A DNA stretch of 64,000 nt, taken from Eledone cirrhosa. Taxonomy: Eukaryota. The position numbers were made by a program, and so were the translations under genes. The notes beneath the pieces were generated by a model, which worked only from the letters and a program-made list of their open reading frames with translations, had not been told where the DNA came from and did not search any database. The stretch spans positions 347,200,001-347,264,000 of the forward strand of contig OZ024742.1 of assembly GCA_964016885.1 (NCBI GenBank). The letters are read 5' to 3'. Of the stretch, positions 1 through 11,917 are shown piece by piece (the first letter of the stretch is position 1; every line of letters starts with the position of its first letter).

Positions 1-1550
1 GTGGTTGTGGTGGAGGTGGTTGTAGTGGTTGTGGTGGTTGTGGTGGTGGTTGTGGTGGAGGTTGTGGTGGTGGTTGTGGTGGAGGTTGTGGTGGTGGTTG
101 TGGTGGAGGTGGTGGTGTTTGTGGTGGAGGTGGTTGTGGTGGTTGTGGTGGTGGTTGTGGTGGAGGTTGTGGTGGTTGTGGTGGAGGTGGTGGTGTTTGT
201 GGTGGAGGTGGTTGTGGTGGAGGTGGTGGTGTTTGTGGTGGAGGTGGTGGTGGTTATGGTGGAGGTGGTTGTGGTGGAGGTGGTGGTGTTTGTGGTGGAG
301 GTGGTTGTGATGGAGGTGGTGGTGTTTGTGGTGGAGGTGGTTGTGGTGGTAGTTGTGGTGGTTGTGGTGGAGGTGGTTGTGGTGGTGGTTGTTGTGGTGA
401 AGGTTGTGGTGGAGGTGGTGGTGTTTGTGGTGGAGGTGGTTGTGGTGGAGGTGGTGGTGTTTGTGGTGGAGGTGGTGGTGGTTATGGTGGTGGTTGTGGT
501 GGAGGTTGTGGTGGTTGTGGTGGAGGTGGTGGTGTTTGTGGTGGAGGTGGTTGTGGTGGAGGTTGTGGTGGTTGTGGTGGAGGTGGTGGTGTTTGTGGTG
601 GAGGTGGTTGTGGTGGAGGTGGTGGTGTTTGTGGTGGAGGTGGTTGTGGTGGTAGTTGTGGTGGTTGTGGTGGTGGTTGTGGTGGAGGTGGTTGTGGTGG
701 TGGTTGTTGTGGTGGAGGTTGTGGTGGTTGTGGTGGAGGTGGTGGTGTTTGTGGTGGAGGTGGTTGTGGTGGAGGTGGTTGTGGTGGTAGTTGTGGTGGT
801 TGTGGTGGTGGTTGTGGTGGAGGTAGTTGTGGTGGAGGTTGTGGTAGTTGTGGTGGAGGTGGTTGTGGTGGTGGTTGTGGTGGTTGTGGTGGTTGTGGTA
901 GTTGTGGTGGTGGTTGTGGTGGAGGTGGTGGTGTTTGTGGTGGAGGTGGTTGTGGTGGTAGTTGTGGTGGTTGTGGTGGAGGTGGTTGTGGTGGTAGTTG
1001 TGGTGGAGGTTGTGGTGGTTGTGGTGGAGGTGGTTATGGTGGTGGTCCTAGTCGTTGTGGTGGTGGTCGAAGAGGTGGTAGTCGCTATGGTGGTGGTGGT
1101 TATGGTGATGCTGGTCGTCGTTGTTTGCAGTTGTGGTGATAATGATGCTGGTGGTGGTGGTGGTGGTGGTGGTGGTGGTGGTGGTGGTGGTGGTGGCAGT
1201 GGTGATATTGGTGGTGGTGGTGGTGGCAGTGGTGGTAGTGGTGGTGGTGGTGGTGATGGCGGTGGTGGTGATGGTGGTGATGATAGAGGCCGTGGTGACG
1301 GTGGTGATGGTGGTGGTGGTGTTGACTGATTGTGGTGGTGGTGTTCGGTGGTGGTGGTGGCGGCGGTGTTTGGTGGTGGTGGCGGCGGTGGCGGCGGTGT
1401 TCGGTGGTGGTTGTGGCGGCGCCGGTGGTGTTCGGTGGTGGTGGTGGTGGTGGTGGTGGTGGTGGTGAAGGTGGTGAAGGTGGTGGTGAAGGTGGTGGTG
1501 GTCGTGGTGGTGAAGGTGGTGGTGGTCGTCGTGGTGGTGGTGGTGGTTAG
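1..1550. repeat. GTG/GGT-rich low-complexity trinucleotide repeat
   Basis: Degenerate (GTG/GTT/GAG)n; the poly-Val, poly-Trp and poly-Gly ORFs are by-products. Confidence 0.95.
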
Positions 1551-1629
1551 ACTCCCGCCAACTGCTTTTTACGTACAGTTTCTTAATGGTGTGTGTAGTG
1601 AATGAGTAAATAAGTGAACGAGCGAATGG

Positions 1630-2036
1630 ATGTGTGTTTGTGTGTGTGTGAGTGTGTGTGTAAGTGTGTGTATGGTGTGTTTAACTGTGTGTGTGTAAGT
1701 GTGTAGATGTGTGTGATTGTGTGTGAGTGTGAGTGTGTGTGTAGGTGTGTGTGTGAGTGTATAGGTGTGTGTGTGAGTGTGAGTGTGTAAGTGTGTGAGT
1801 GTGTAGGTGTGTGTGTGAGTGTGTTTAGGTGTGTGTGTGGGTGTGTGTGGGCGCGTAGGTGAGTGTGTCTGTATTTGTCGTTTTCTCATGTATGTAAGTG
1901 TATGCGTTAGTGTGTGTGTATACGTGTTCTTTACTCGTGTATGTGAATGTATGTGTTAGAGAGTTTGTTGTTATTGTGTATGACGTGTGTGTGTGTGTTG
2001 TGAGATTAGGTGTAGTAAATAAGTGAACGGAGGAGT

Positions 2037-2122
<86 letters not shown>
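1630..2122. repeat. (TG)n microsatellite, degenerate then perfect
   Basis: Direct reading; perfect (GT)n at about 2040-2122. Confidence 0.95.
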
Positions 2123-2123
<1 letters not shown>

Positions 2124-2189
2124 GCTATTCTTGTGTATGTTTGTTGTGTGTGTGGGGGGGGGGTTGCTAATGGTGTGGGTGTATGTGTA

Positions 2190-3470
2190 CTAGTGGTGTC
2201 TTGTGGGCTGGTGGTGTTGTGAGGTGTCTTGAGGGCTGGTGGTGATGGTGTTGTGAGGTGTCTTGAGGGCTGTTGGTGATGGTGGTGTTGTGAGGTGTCT
2301 TGAGGGCTGTTGGTGATGGTGGTGTTGTGAGGTGTCTTAGGGCTGTTGGTGATGGTGGTGTTGTGAGGTGTCTTAGGGCTGTTGGTGATGGTGGTGTTGT
2401 GAGGTGTCTTGAGGGCTGTCGGTGATGGTGGTGTTGTGAGGTGTCTTAGGGCTGTTGGTGATGGTGGTGTTGTGAGGTGTCTTGAGTGCTGTTGGTGATG
2501 GTGGTGTTGTGAGGTGTCTTGAGTGCTGTTGGTGATGGTGGTGTTGTGAGGTGTCTTGAGTGCTGTTGGTGATGGTGGTGTTGTGAGGTGTCTTGAGTGC
2601 TGTTGGTGATGGTGGTGTTGTGGGGTGTCTTGAGGGCTGTTGGTGATGGTGTTGTGAGGTGTCTTGAGGGCTGTTGGTGATGGTGGTGTTGTGAGGTGTC
2701 TTGAGGGCTGTTGGTGATGGTGGTGTTGTGAGGTGTCTTAGGGCTGTTGGTGATGGTGGTGTTGTGAGGTGTCTTGAGGGCTGGTGGTGATGGTGGTGTT
2801 GTGAGGTGTCTTGAGGGCTGTCGGTGATGGTGGTGTTGTGAGGTGTCTTAGGGCTGTTGGTGATGGTGGTGTTGTGAGGTGTCTTGAGTGCTGTTGGTGA
2901 TGGTGGTGTTGTGAGGTGTCTTGAGTGCTGTTGGTGATGGTGGTGTTGTGAGGTGTCTTGAGTGCTGTTGGTGATGGTGGTGTTGTGGGGTGTCTTGAGG
3001 GCTGTTGGTGATGGTGGTGTTGTGAGGTGTCTTGAGTGCTGTTGGTGATGGTGGTGTTGTGGGGTGTCTTGAGGGCTGTTGGTGATGGTGGTGTTGTAAG
3101 GTGTCCTGAAGGCTTTTAGTGATGGTGGTGTTGTGGGGTGTCTTGAGGGCTATTGGTGATGGTGGTGTTGTGAGGTGTCTTAGGGCTGTTGGTGATGGTG
3201 GTGTTGTGGGGTGTCTTGAGGGCTGTTGGTGATGGTGGTGTTGTGAGGTGTCTTGAGGGCTATTGGTGATGGTGGTGTTGTGAGGTGTCTTAGGGCTGTT
3301 AGTGATGGTGGTGTTGTGAAGTGTCTTGAGGGCTATTGGTGATGGTGGTGTTGTGAGGTGTCTTAGGGCTGTTAGTGATGGTGGTGTTGTGAAGTGTCTT
3401 GAGGGATGTTGGTGATGGTGGTGTTGTGAGGTGTCTTGAGGGCTGTTGGTGATGGTGGTGTTGTGAGGTA
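2190..3470. repeat. 36-37-bp minisatellite (gagggctgttggtgatggtggtgttgtgaggtgtctt)n
   Basis: Unit recurs every 36-37 bp, e.g. at 2264 and 2301. Confidence 0.95.
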
Positions 3471-3904
3471 ACATGTGACTATTGTGGTGTTGTGTGTTAC
3501 GATGATAACTATAGGCGGTGCTGTGAGGTAACTTGTGGACTGTTTAGAGGTGTTGTTAGATAAAATGGCAGCTATTAATGGTGTTGTGAGGTCTCTTGAC
3601 AGCTGTTCATTCTCCACCCTTTGTGTGTAGATGTGTGAGTGTGTAGGTGTGTGTGTGTAGGTGTGAGTGTGTAGGTATGTGTGTGAGTGTGTAGGTGTGT
3701 GTGAGTGTGTGAGTATGTAGGTGTGTGTGTGAGTGTGTAGGTGGTGTATGTAGGTGTGTGTGTGTGAGTGTGTAGGTGTGTGTGTGAGTGTGTAGGTGTG
3801 TGTGTGAGTGTGTAGGTGTGTGTGAGTGTGTAGGTGGGTGAGTGTGTAGGTGTGTGTGTGTAGGTGTGTGTGTGAGTGTGGCAGGGGCTACATTAGGGGT
3901 CATT

Positions 3905-4392
3905 ATTAACTTTGCCTTTCATCCTTACGGTGTCGATAAAATAAAGTACCAGTAATACACTGATTTAATTGCTGGCCTTGTGCCAAAAGTAGAAACAATT
4001 AATTACACCCGTGTGCTTGTGATTGTTGTTGTTGTTGTTAATAAGGGTTATATATATAGAGAGAAATATTCATCACTCAGTGATATTCTCGTTGTGACCC
4101 TTGACATTTCTGAGTTCAAATCCTGCCGAGGTTAACTTTACTTTTCATCCTTGCGAGGTCGACAAAATAAAGTACCAGTAACGAACTGGGGTAATTACTC
4201 GCCTTGTGCCAAAAGTAGAAGCCGTTATTAGTACATTGAAGGGTGGTGGATTGACAGTAATCGGTAGAGTGTCGGACAACGTGCTTCACGGCATAGAGTT
4301 ACTGCCCTTTACGTGTCTGAGTTCAAATCCTGTCGAGGTTAACTTTACCTTTCACCCTTACGGGGTCGATAAAAGAAAGTACCAGTAATACA
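3905..4392 (+). mobile_element. Three partial copies of tRNA-derived SINE family A (central motif ttcatccttacggggtcgataaaataaagtaccag)
   Basis: B-box-like GAGTTCAAATCC at about 4112 and 4319; same motif recurs more than 10 times in the window. Confidence 0.8.
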
Positions 4393-4911
4393 CCCAAAAG
4401 TTTGTTGACTTATTGTTTAAATCAGAAACCATTTTTGTTATTTTTGTTGTGGGGTTTGATGTATATAATTTAGGGGTTCCAGGATTGGCACACCATGACA
4501 GGATTACATAAATGATCAGACAAACTAGGACATTAATGGTTTTCTTAAGAGAAACCCTATAGTTTGTTGCTTACTGACACATGGAAGTGGTTAAAGTTAG
4601 GAATGATAACTTGATAATTCATTTTTAAGATATAATTTGAACAGGTCGTAACCTCTGGTGTCCTTGGTCCCCGCACTGGGTCCCGATTTCCTCCGTAAAG
4701 TCGGAAAAGACGGCGACATGATTGATAAGGGAGTTCATTCAGGTCGTGTGGCTGTTGGGATCTCTGGCCATTCTCCGTAGTAACACCTTTGCCATTGTAT
4801 CTGGGGGGGGGGGGGGGGCGATTGAGGCACCCTCTCCCTCTCTTTCACAACTTGATCCTTCTTTCTTTTTCTCCTTTTCATTTTCTTTTCTTCCTTTTCT
4901 GTTCCCTTTAA

Positions 4912-5026
4912 TAATTGTTTCTACTTTTGGCACAAGTCCAGCAATTACGCCAGTGTATTACTGGTACTTTATTTTATCGACCTCGTAAGGGTGAAAAGCA
5001 AAGTTAACCTCGGCGGGTTTTGAACT
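4912..5026 (-). mobile_element. SINE family A fragment
   Basis: Reverse complement of the motif at 3905-4392. Confidence 0.8.
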
Positions 5027-5053
5027 ATAATAGTGTGCTTTGTTTTATTTTAG

Positions 5054-5248
5054 AAACTACTCAATTATTTTTATACAAGGTCAATGGCTTTTCATGACAT
5101 TGTGAGATTTCTTAGGAGTTTTACTCTTTTACCTGTTCCAGCCATCCGGCGGAGGCTGGAACAGGTAAAAGATAAATTACAGAAATGTCCAACATGGCAC
5201 ACTAGCAATGACATACAGGCTTGTCTGAGTAACTTTGGAGAAAAATAA
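5054..5248 (+). CDS. Probable terminal coding exon of a host gene; 64 aa KLLNYFYTRSMAFHDIVRFLRSF...KLQKCPTWHTSNDIQACLSNFGEK*, resembling the C-terminal end of TBC1D15/17/21-type Rab-GAP domains
   Basis: Acceptor tgttttattttag at 5041-5053, open non-repetitive frame to TAA 5246-5248; family resemblance is by eye only. Confidence 0.45.
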   Translation, partial: KLLNYFYTRSMAFHDIVRFLRSFTLLPVPAIRRRLEQVKDKLQKCPTWHTSNDIQACLSNFGEK

Positions 5249-5289
5249 CTATGTACAGGAGATTGTGAACTTCTTATTGTAGCAGCATC

Positions 5290-6220
<931 letters not shown>

Positions 6221-6289
6221 ATGTTCCGAATGTTGTTACTGTTGCGACACATCAGTGCTTCCCTTTGATGCACTCGGCTGTTGCTAATC

Positions 6290-6810
<521 letters not shown>

Positions 6811-6811
6811 C

Positions 6812-9525
6812 TGTAGCTGAATGATAGTCGTGGTCGCCAGTGTGGTAAAATGATGGTATCCTCGTTGGATTGTCTTGTCGACATAGACGTGAGGGAAGGT
6901 CCCTCGTCTATTTACCATCTTTGTATTTACAATATTCCTTTCGTCAGGTCGCCAATTCCAGCAGCATGGATTATATATGTCATTGAGACACGAGTAACAT
7001 AATAATGATTTCAACAGCAGAAATTAGAGATGAAATGTATGTTTATTTTTGATGTAGCACAAAACAATGTTGACTAACTTATATGGTTGAAGTTACACAT
7101 AAAAAAAGGTTACAAAAGGGAATGTGCCATTGCGCCGGAAAGCCGGCAGGCTAGGGTGCAAAATCTCACCGTTACATTGTACGTGTTGCTGGTTCGAAGT
7201 TCCTGGTGCGAGAGAGAGATTCTTCAGATCCTTTCGGGGTAATTTCTCCCTCAGGGCGCGTAGGGATACATCCTCTTCTACTGGCGCTGATTGGCTGAAC
7301 TGAGCCAAATCACGCACAGAGAATGTATGTGAGCGTGCGGAATGTAGGTCACTACAATACCCCCCTCCTAGACGGAAGTCGATACAGATTATTGAATCAG
7401 CAAGAACAAATGCTGAAAGAGCACATCAGTTTAAAAAAATAATTGAGCAGAAGGATGTATGCAAGAAAAAAAATGAGGCGCTAGGGGCGTGTTGAGCCGC
7501 TGTGTCAAATGACCAGCTGTTTTGTTGTTTATACGTGACCACCAAAGGTCTAACAAAAACGGATAAAGTCTGACATGGGCGAAGTTGCTGTTTCTTGCAT
7601 TAATGTTAATGGTAAGTGTTTGTACCAGTAGCTGTGGACGAAGCTATTATGGTAGTTTACCAGTGCTGGCAAGAAGATGATGGGTAGGCGAGAAAATGTT
7701 GGCCTCCCAGATGTATTGCCGAATGTGCTAGGGAGCCAGGAAAAAAATGGCTGGTTGCTTCGAAAAGAAAAAAAACAAGTTTAATCTGTAGGTGGGTTGC
7801 AGTGTAAATTCCATAATTCGGGCGAATCCACAGAAGTGGTGGAAATGCCGACAAGTCCAGTTCTATTTGTTGCTTTCCCAGCGAGTCGGGCAAAAACAAC
7901 AAGACGGAGGCCGTCATGGACGATCAGTGTGCAACGAGATGCGAAACTGTTTGAGTTCAGCTGCAATTAGCCTTCTCGTGTTGCGGTGCCTGTTTGAATC
8001 CAGGTGAATTAAACTCTATGAGTCGCTAGCATGTGACGGCACCTCCACCAGGTGAAAAGGGATCTCGCAGAATATTACGTTTGAAGAACATATACCAAGA
8101 ACATGTTGGTGTGTGACAAAGAAATGTGTGCATATGCAGGCATGTAAAACAGCAAAGAATGTGAATGAACAAAAAACATGAGCAAGCAAATAGCAAAAGA
8201 GCACAAAGCAAGTAAATGCATTCTACAAAGAAATATGTGAATGTAACAAACTGATAATTCAAGGTGAATATAAGGGAGCAGAGAAATTAATGATCAATGA
8301 TGAGTTTCAAAGTTTTTCAAAGTCAAATAGTTCACATATCACCAGTGTAAAGACTTTCTGACACTAGTTCTATCTGAAAACTGAAAAAGAAGTTTGTTAA
8401 TGCCACTAGGGGTTAGATGTATATTGTTTTTGACGAGTTTTCGTGGCCATTCTACCGTCCTGCCACCTTGTGTGACAAAAGGTTGTGTTGCTTGTTGTTA
8501 AAGCAAAGTCAATGAATCTTCTGTAGAGTAGCAGTCACCAACATGGCAGCCACGTCTGACGCCATAATGGTGAGAAAACTACTGTCTCAATTTCTCGAGT
8601 CCCTGTGGTAACGAGACAGAAGGTATGGTGGTTGCGTCGGTAAAATTACAAGCCGTTTGGAAATTTCCGATGTGTGGTGGTTTGCGTTGGTAAGGCTATG
8701 AAGCTGCCATCTCACTATTCCATGTCGTTGGCTAATGGTCAAACAATGTTGTCGCTGCTGCTGCTGCTGCTGCTCGGTTGTTGTTGTTGATTGTAGACAG
8801 GACCTGTCGGTAGCCATTTTGAAATTCCCTCGTGGCGAAGAGTTTTTGAAATACTGCTAATTTTTCAAAAAAATTTGAAAGGAATATATTGTATTTTCGC
8901 AAGTTGCGAAAAGGCCGGCTACGCGGCAATAAAAGTTCAACTGTATAAAAAAGGCTGCGTTAAATTCTTACGTCGGTCACCAGTGTAGCTGAATGATAGT
9001 CGTGGTCGCCAGTGTGGTAAAATGATGGTATCCTCGTTGGATTGTCTTGTCGACATAGACGTGAGGGAAGGTCCCTCGTCTATTTACCATCTTTGTATTT
9101 ACAATATTCCTTTCGTCAGGTCGCCAATTCCAGCAGCATGGATTATATATGTCATTGAGACACGAGTAACATAATAATGATTTCAACAGCAGAAATTAGA
9201 GATGAAATGTATGTTTATTTTTGATGTAGCACAAACAATGTTGACTAACTTATATGGTTGAAGTTACACATAAAAAAAGGTTACAAAAGGGGAATGTGCC
9301 ATTGCGCCGGAAAGCCGGCAGGCTAGGGTGCAAAATCTCACCGTTACATTGTACGTGTTGCTGGTTCGAAGTTCCTGGTGCGAGAGAGAGATTCTTCAAA
9401 TCCTTTCGGGTAATTTCTCCCTCAGGGCGCGTAGGGATACATCCTCTTCTACTGGCGCTGATTGGCTGAACTGAGCCAAATCACGCACAGAATGTATGTG
9501 AGCGCGCGGAATGTATGTCACTACA
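6812..9525 (-). mobile_element. Complete non-autonomous LTR retrotransposon (Gypsy/CsRn1-like signals)
   Basis: LTRs 6812-7356 and 8984-9525 (TG...CA, about 7 differences), TSD TATC on both sides, minus-strand PBS TGGTGACCGACGT at 8982-8970, purine tract AGGAGGGGGGTAT adjoining the left LTR; no gag/pol ORF recognised. Confidence 0.92.
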
Positions 9526-9538
9526 TATCTATATATCT

Positions 9539-9646
9539 AAATTACCGCGAACTCGCTGCATAACTATGGAAGCATTTTGTTGAGTTAAACAACGCCGTAC
9601 GTTAAAACTATCCTCGACGCAGAGTACTCAAACGATAACTTGTTAT

Positions 9647-9694
<48 letters not shown>

Positions 9695-9804
9695 GATAAC
9701 AAGTTATCGTTGTGAGTACTCTGCGTCGTGGATAGTTTTAACGTACGGCGTTGTTCAACTCAACAAAATGCTTCCATAGTTATGCAGCGAGTTCGCGGTA
9801 ATTT
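9539..9804. repeat. About 110-bp inverted repeat around an (AT)n spacer
   Basis: 9539-9647 is the reverse complement of 9695-9804 with few mismatches. Confidence 0.9.
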
Positions 9805-9886
9805 CTATGTAGGTTATACTTGGAGTAATAATAGTTAAAGAATGAAGAGTAACATGGTTGGCTGTACAATAAGGGCTTTATTTAAA

Positions 9887-9997
9887 GTACTGACAATTGT
9901 TTCGTTGATCAGGTGAGTCTAGAGTTTGCTAATCGCTTGAGGTTGCGTCATTCGATCTTCAATACATTATTTACCTCTGGTCAACACATCAGAGTAC
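9887..9997 (-). ncRNA. Type I hammerhead ribozyme motif (A9 mutated or absent)
   Basis: GUACU-CUGAUGU-GUUGA...UCAAC-GAAA-CAAUUG-UC-AGUAC; palindromic stem III, GUC site, AAUAAA just downstream. Confidence 0.75.
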
Positions 9998-10588
9998 GTA
10001 GGTATAATAATTCACTTATATAGGAAAATAGCGTATAATCAAAACAATAACATCAATAATAAAACATACATGGTAAGAGAAGTTACAGATGTAAAAAGTA
10101 AAAAGTAAAAGATAAGATAGGGTACATTAAAAAAGTAAGAAAATGAGAGAATGGAAAATATAAAGAAATAAATAAGGATAAGTGAGAGCATGTAAGTACA
10201 GAGTATGTTAGTAGTAAGTTGTGTGTAAGTTTTCTTATAGGATTCCTTGGAGGGTTTAGTGCTAACGTGAAAAACCAAATTCGAGATCTACATAGATACG
10301 TGTAGTGACAGATAAAAGAAAAAACAGTAGATTAGAGATTAATTGGTGGATACATGTATGAGATTTACGGGCTAGGGGTGAAGGGACATTTGATAAACGT
10401 TTGTTGTAAATGTTTTGCTGATTGTGCTATCTTAATGGAGTTGATGCTGTTTCAGTGAGAGAGGGTGAAAGAGATGTTCAGAGATTTATGATCCAGTGAA
10501 CAGTTGGCCGTTTGACAGCTAGTAGCAGTGCAATGGTATGTATTCTATATGCTAAAATCTAGGTGGTTCAGTTCTCCCTCTCTCTCTC

Positions 10589-11268
10589 TCTATATATATA
10601 TATAAACTTTAAAAAAGGGAGGAGCGCGGGACTGCGTACGGTTTATAATTTTTTATCCCATTAGTAAAATAAGTTGGATTATTTTGAATAAATAATTGTT
10701 TCTACTTTAGGCACAAGGCCAGCAATTGCCCAGTGCATTACTGGTACTTTATTTTATCGACCCCGTAAGGATGAAAGGCAAAGTTAACCTCGGCGGGATT
10801 TGAACTCAGACTGTAAAGGGACGTAACTATGCTGGAAAGCATGGCGTCCAACCCTCTACCGATACTACCAATTCAAAATAATGAATGAATATTACATAAT
10901 TTATCTACTAAATTTCGTGGCTGTTGATTCAATATATTTTGTTTATTTAAAGATTCACTTCTTTAAAATTTCTGAAATGTCAACACTTCCGGTTGGCAAT
11001 CGCCCAAATAAACACTAATTTTCTGTCACTAATTTTCTCCTAATGCAGTTTATATATAATATCGTCTATTTTAATGTATCATGGATTACGTTACTGATTA
11101 CATAAGACAGTGTAACGCAGTCTTCGCTCAATTTCTATGTATTGTATATTGTCAATTACGATTTTATTTGATGTATCATATCTACATGTATATATACTTG
11201 CGTATAATATCAATATACACACTACACAAGCTAGCAGAAAACCATCAGAAGGGTGGTTTTTCTGCTAG
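10589..11268 (+). mobile_element. Non-autonomous Helitron-like element with nested SINE A (about 10691-10875, minus strand)
   Basis: 5' TC-tatatata, 3' hairpin plus CTAG; paralog at 26637-27128 lacks the SINE, showing an aaataat duplication. Confidence 0.7.
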
Positions 11269-11476
11269 TAGTTAAATACCATTCTTTCATTTGATAAAAA
11301 AGACTAAAGTGTTTAAAAAAAAAAAAAAATTGCTAGTAGTTATGATATATATATTCTCTCTCTCTCTATATATATATACATATATATTTATATATATTTA
11401 TATATATGCATGTATGTATATGTGTGTGTGTGTATGCATGCGTGTGTATGTGCCTATCTATATTGCATTTATCTAT

Positions 11477-11520
<44 letters not shown>

Positions 11521-11917
11521 CTGGGGGGTTTACAGATTTCTACAAGGCTGGTGTTGAAAGGGGTGGTGAACAGTTTATATGTATTGATATTTGGAATATT
11601 CAGAGCTTGACTGTGTGTAACAGAGGGGGCTACTGAGGGGGGTAGCCTTGGTGGTGGTGGTGGTGGTGGTGGCGGCGGCGGGGGTAGTATGGGGGGGGGG
11701 GGTATCCGTGGCGGTGGTGTGGTGGTGGTGGTGGCGGTAGCGGAGGTGGCTACTGAGGGTGGTGGTGTGTATGTGTAGGAAAAACAAACGACTAGGCGTG
11801 AAGTATAGATTAAAAGCAAAGAATTAAGCAATCTTGTTTATTTTTGTTTGTACACTGATCTTCACAAACAAATTTTATCCGTACATATCTTCATATCTTT
11901 GAGTATATATATATATA

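Noticed and set aside
2190-3470. 37-bp repeats as a CRISPR array
   Set aside because: Contiguous tandem units with no unique spacers, no cas genes, eukaryotic context
1-3903. Long ORFs (442 aa poly-Val, 208 aa His/Thr/Pro and others)
   Set aside because: Translations of simple repeats and a minisatellite
4640-4805. GC-rich exon-like patch with possible acceptors on both strands
   Set aside because: No frame gave a recognisable protein; stops in all plus frames
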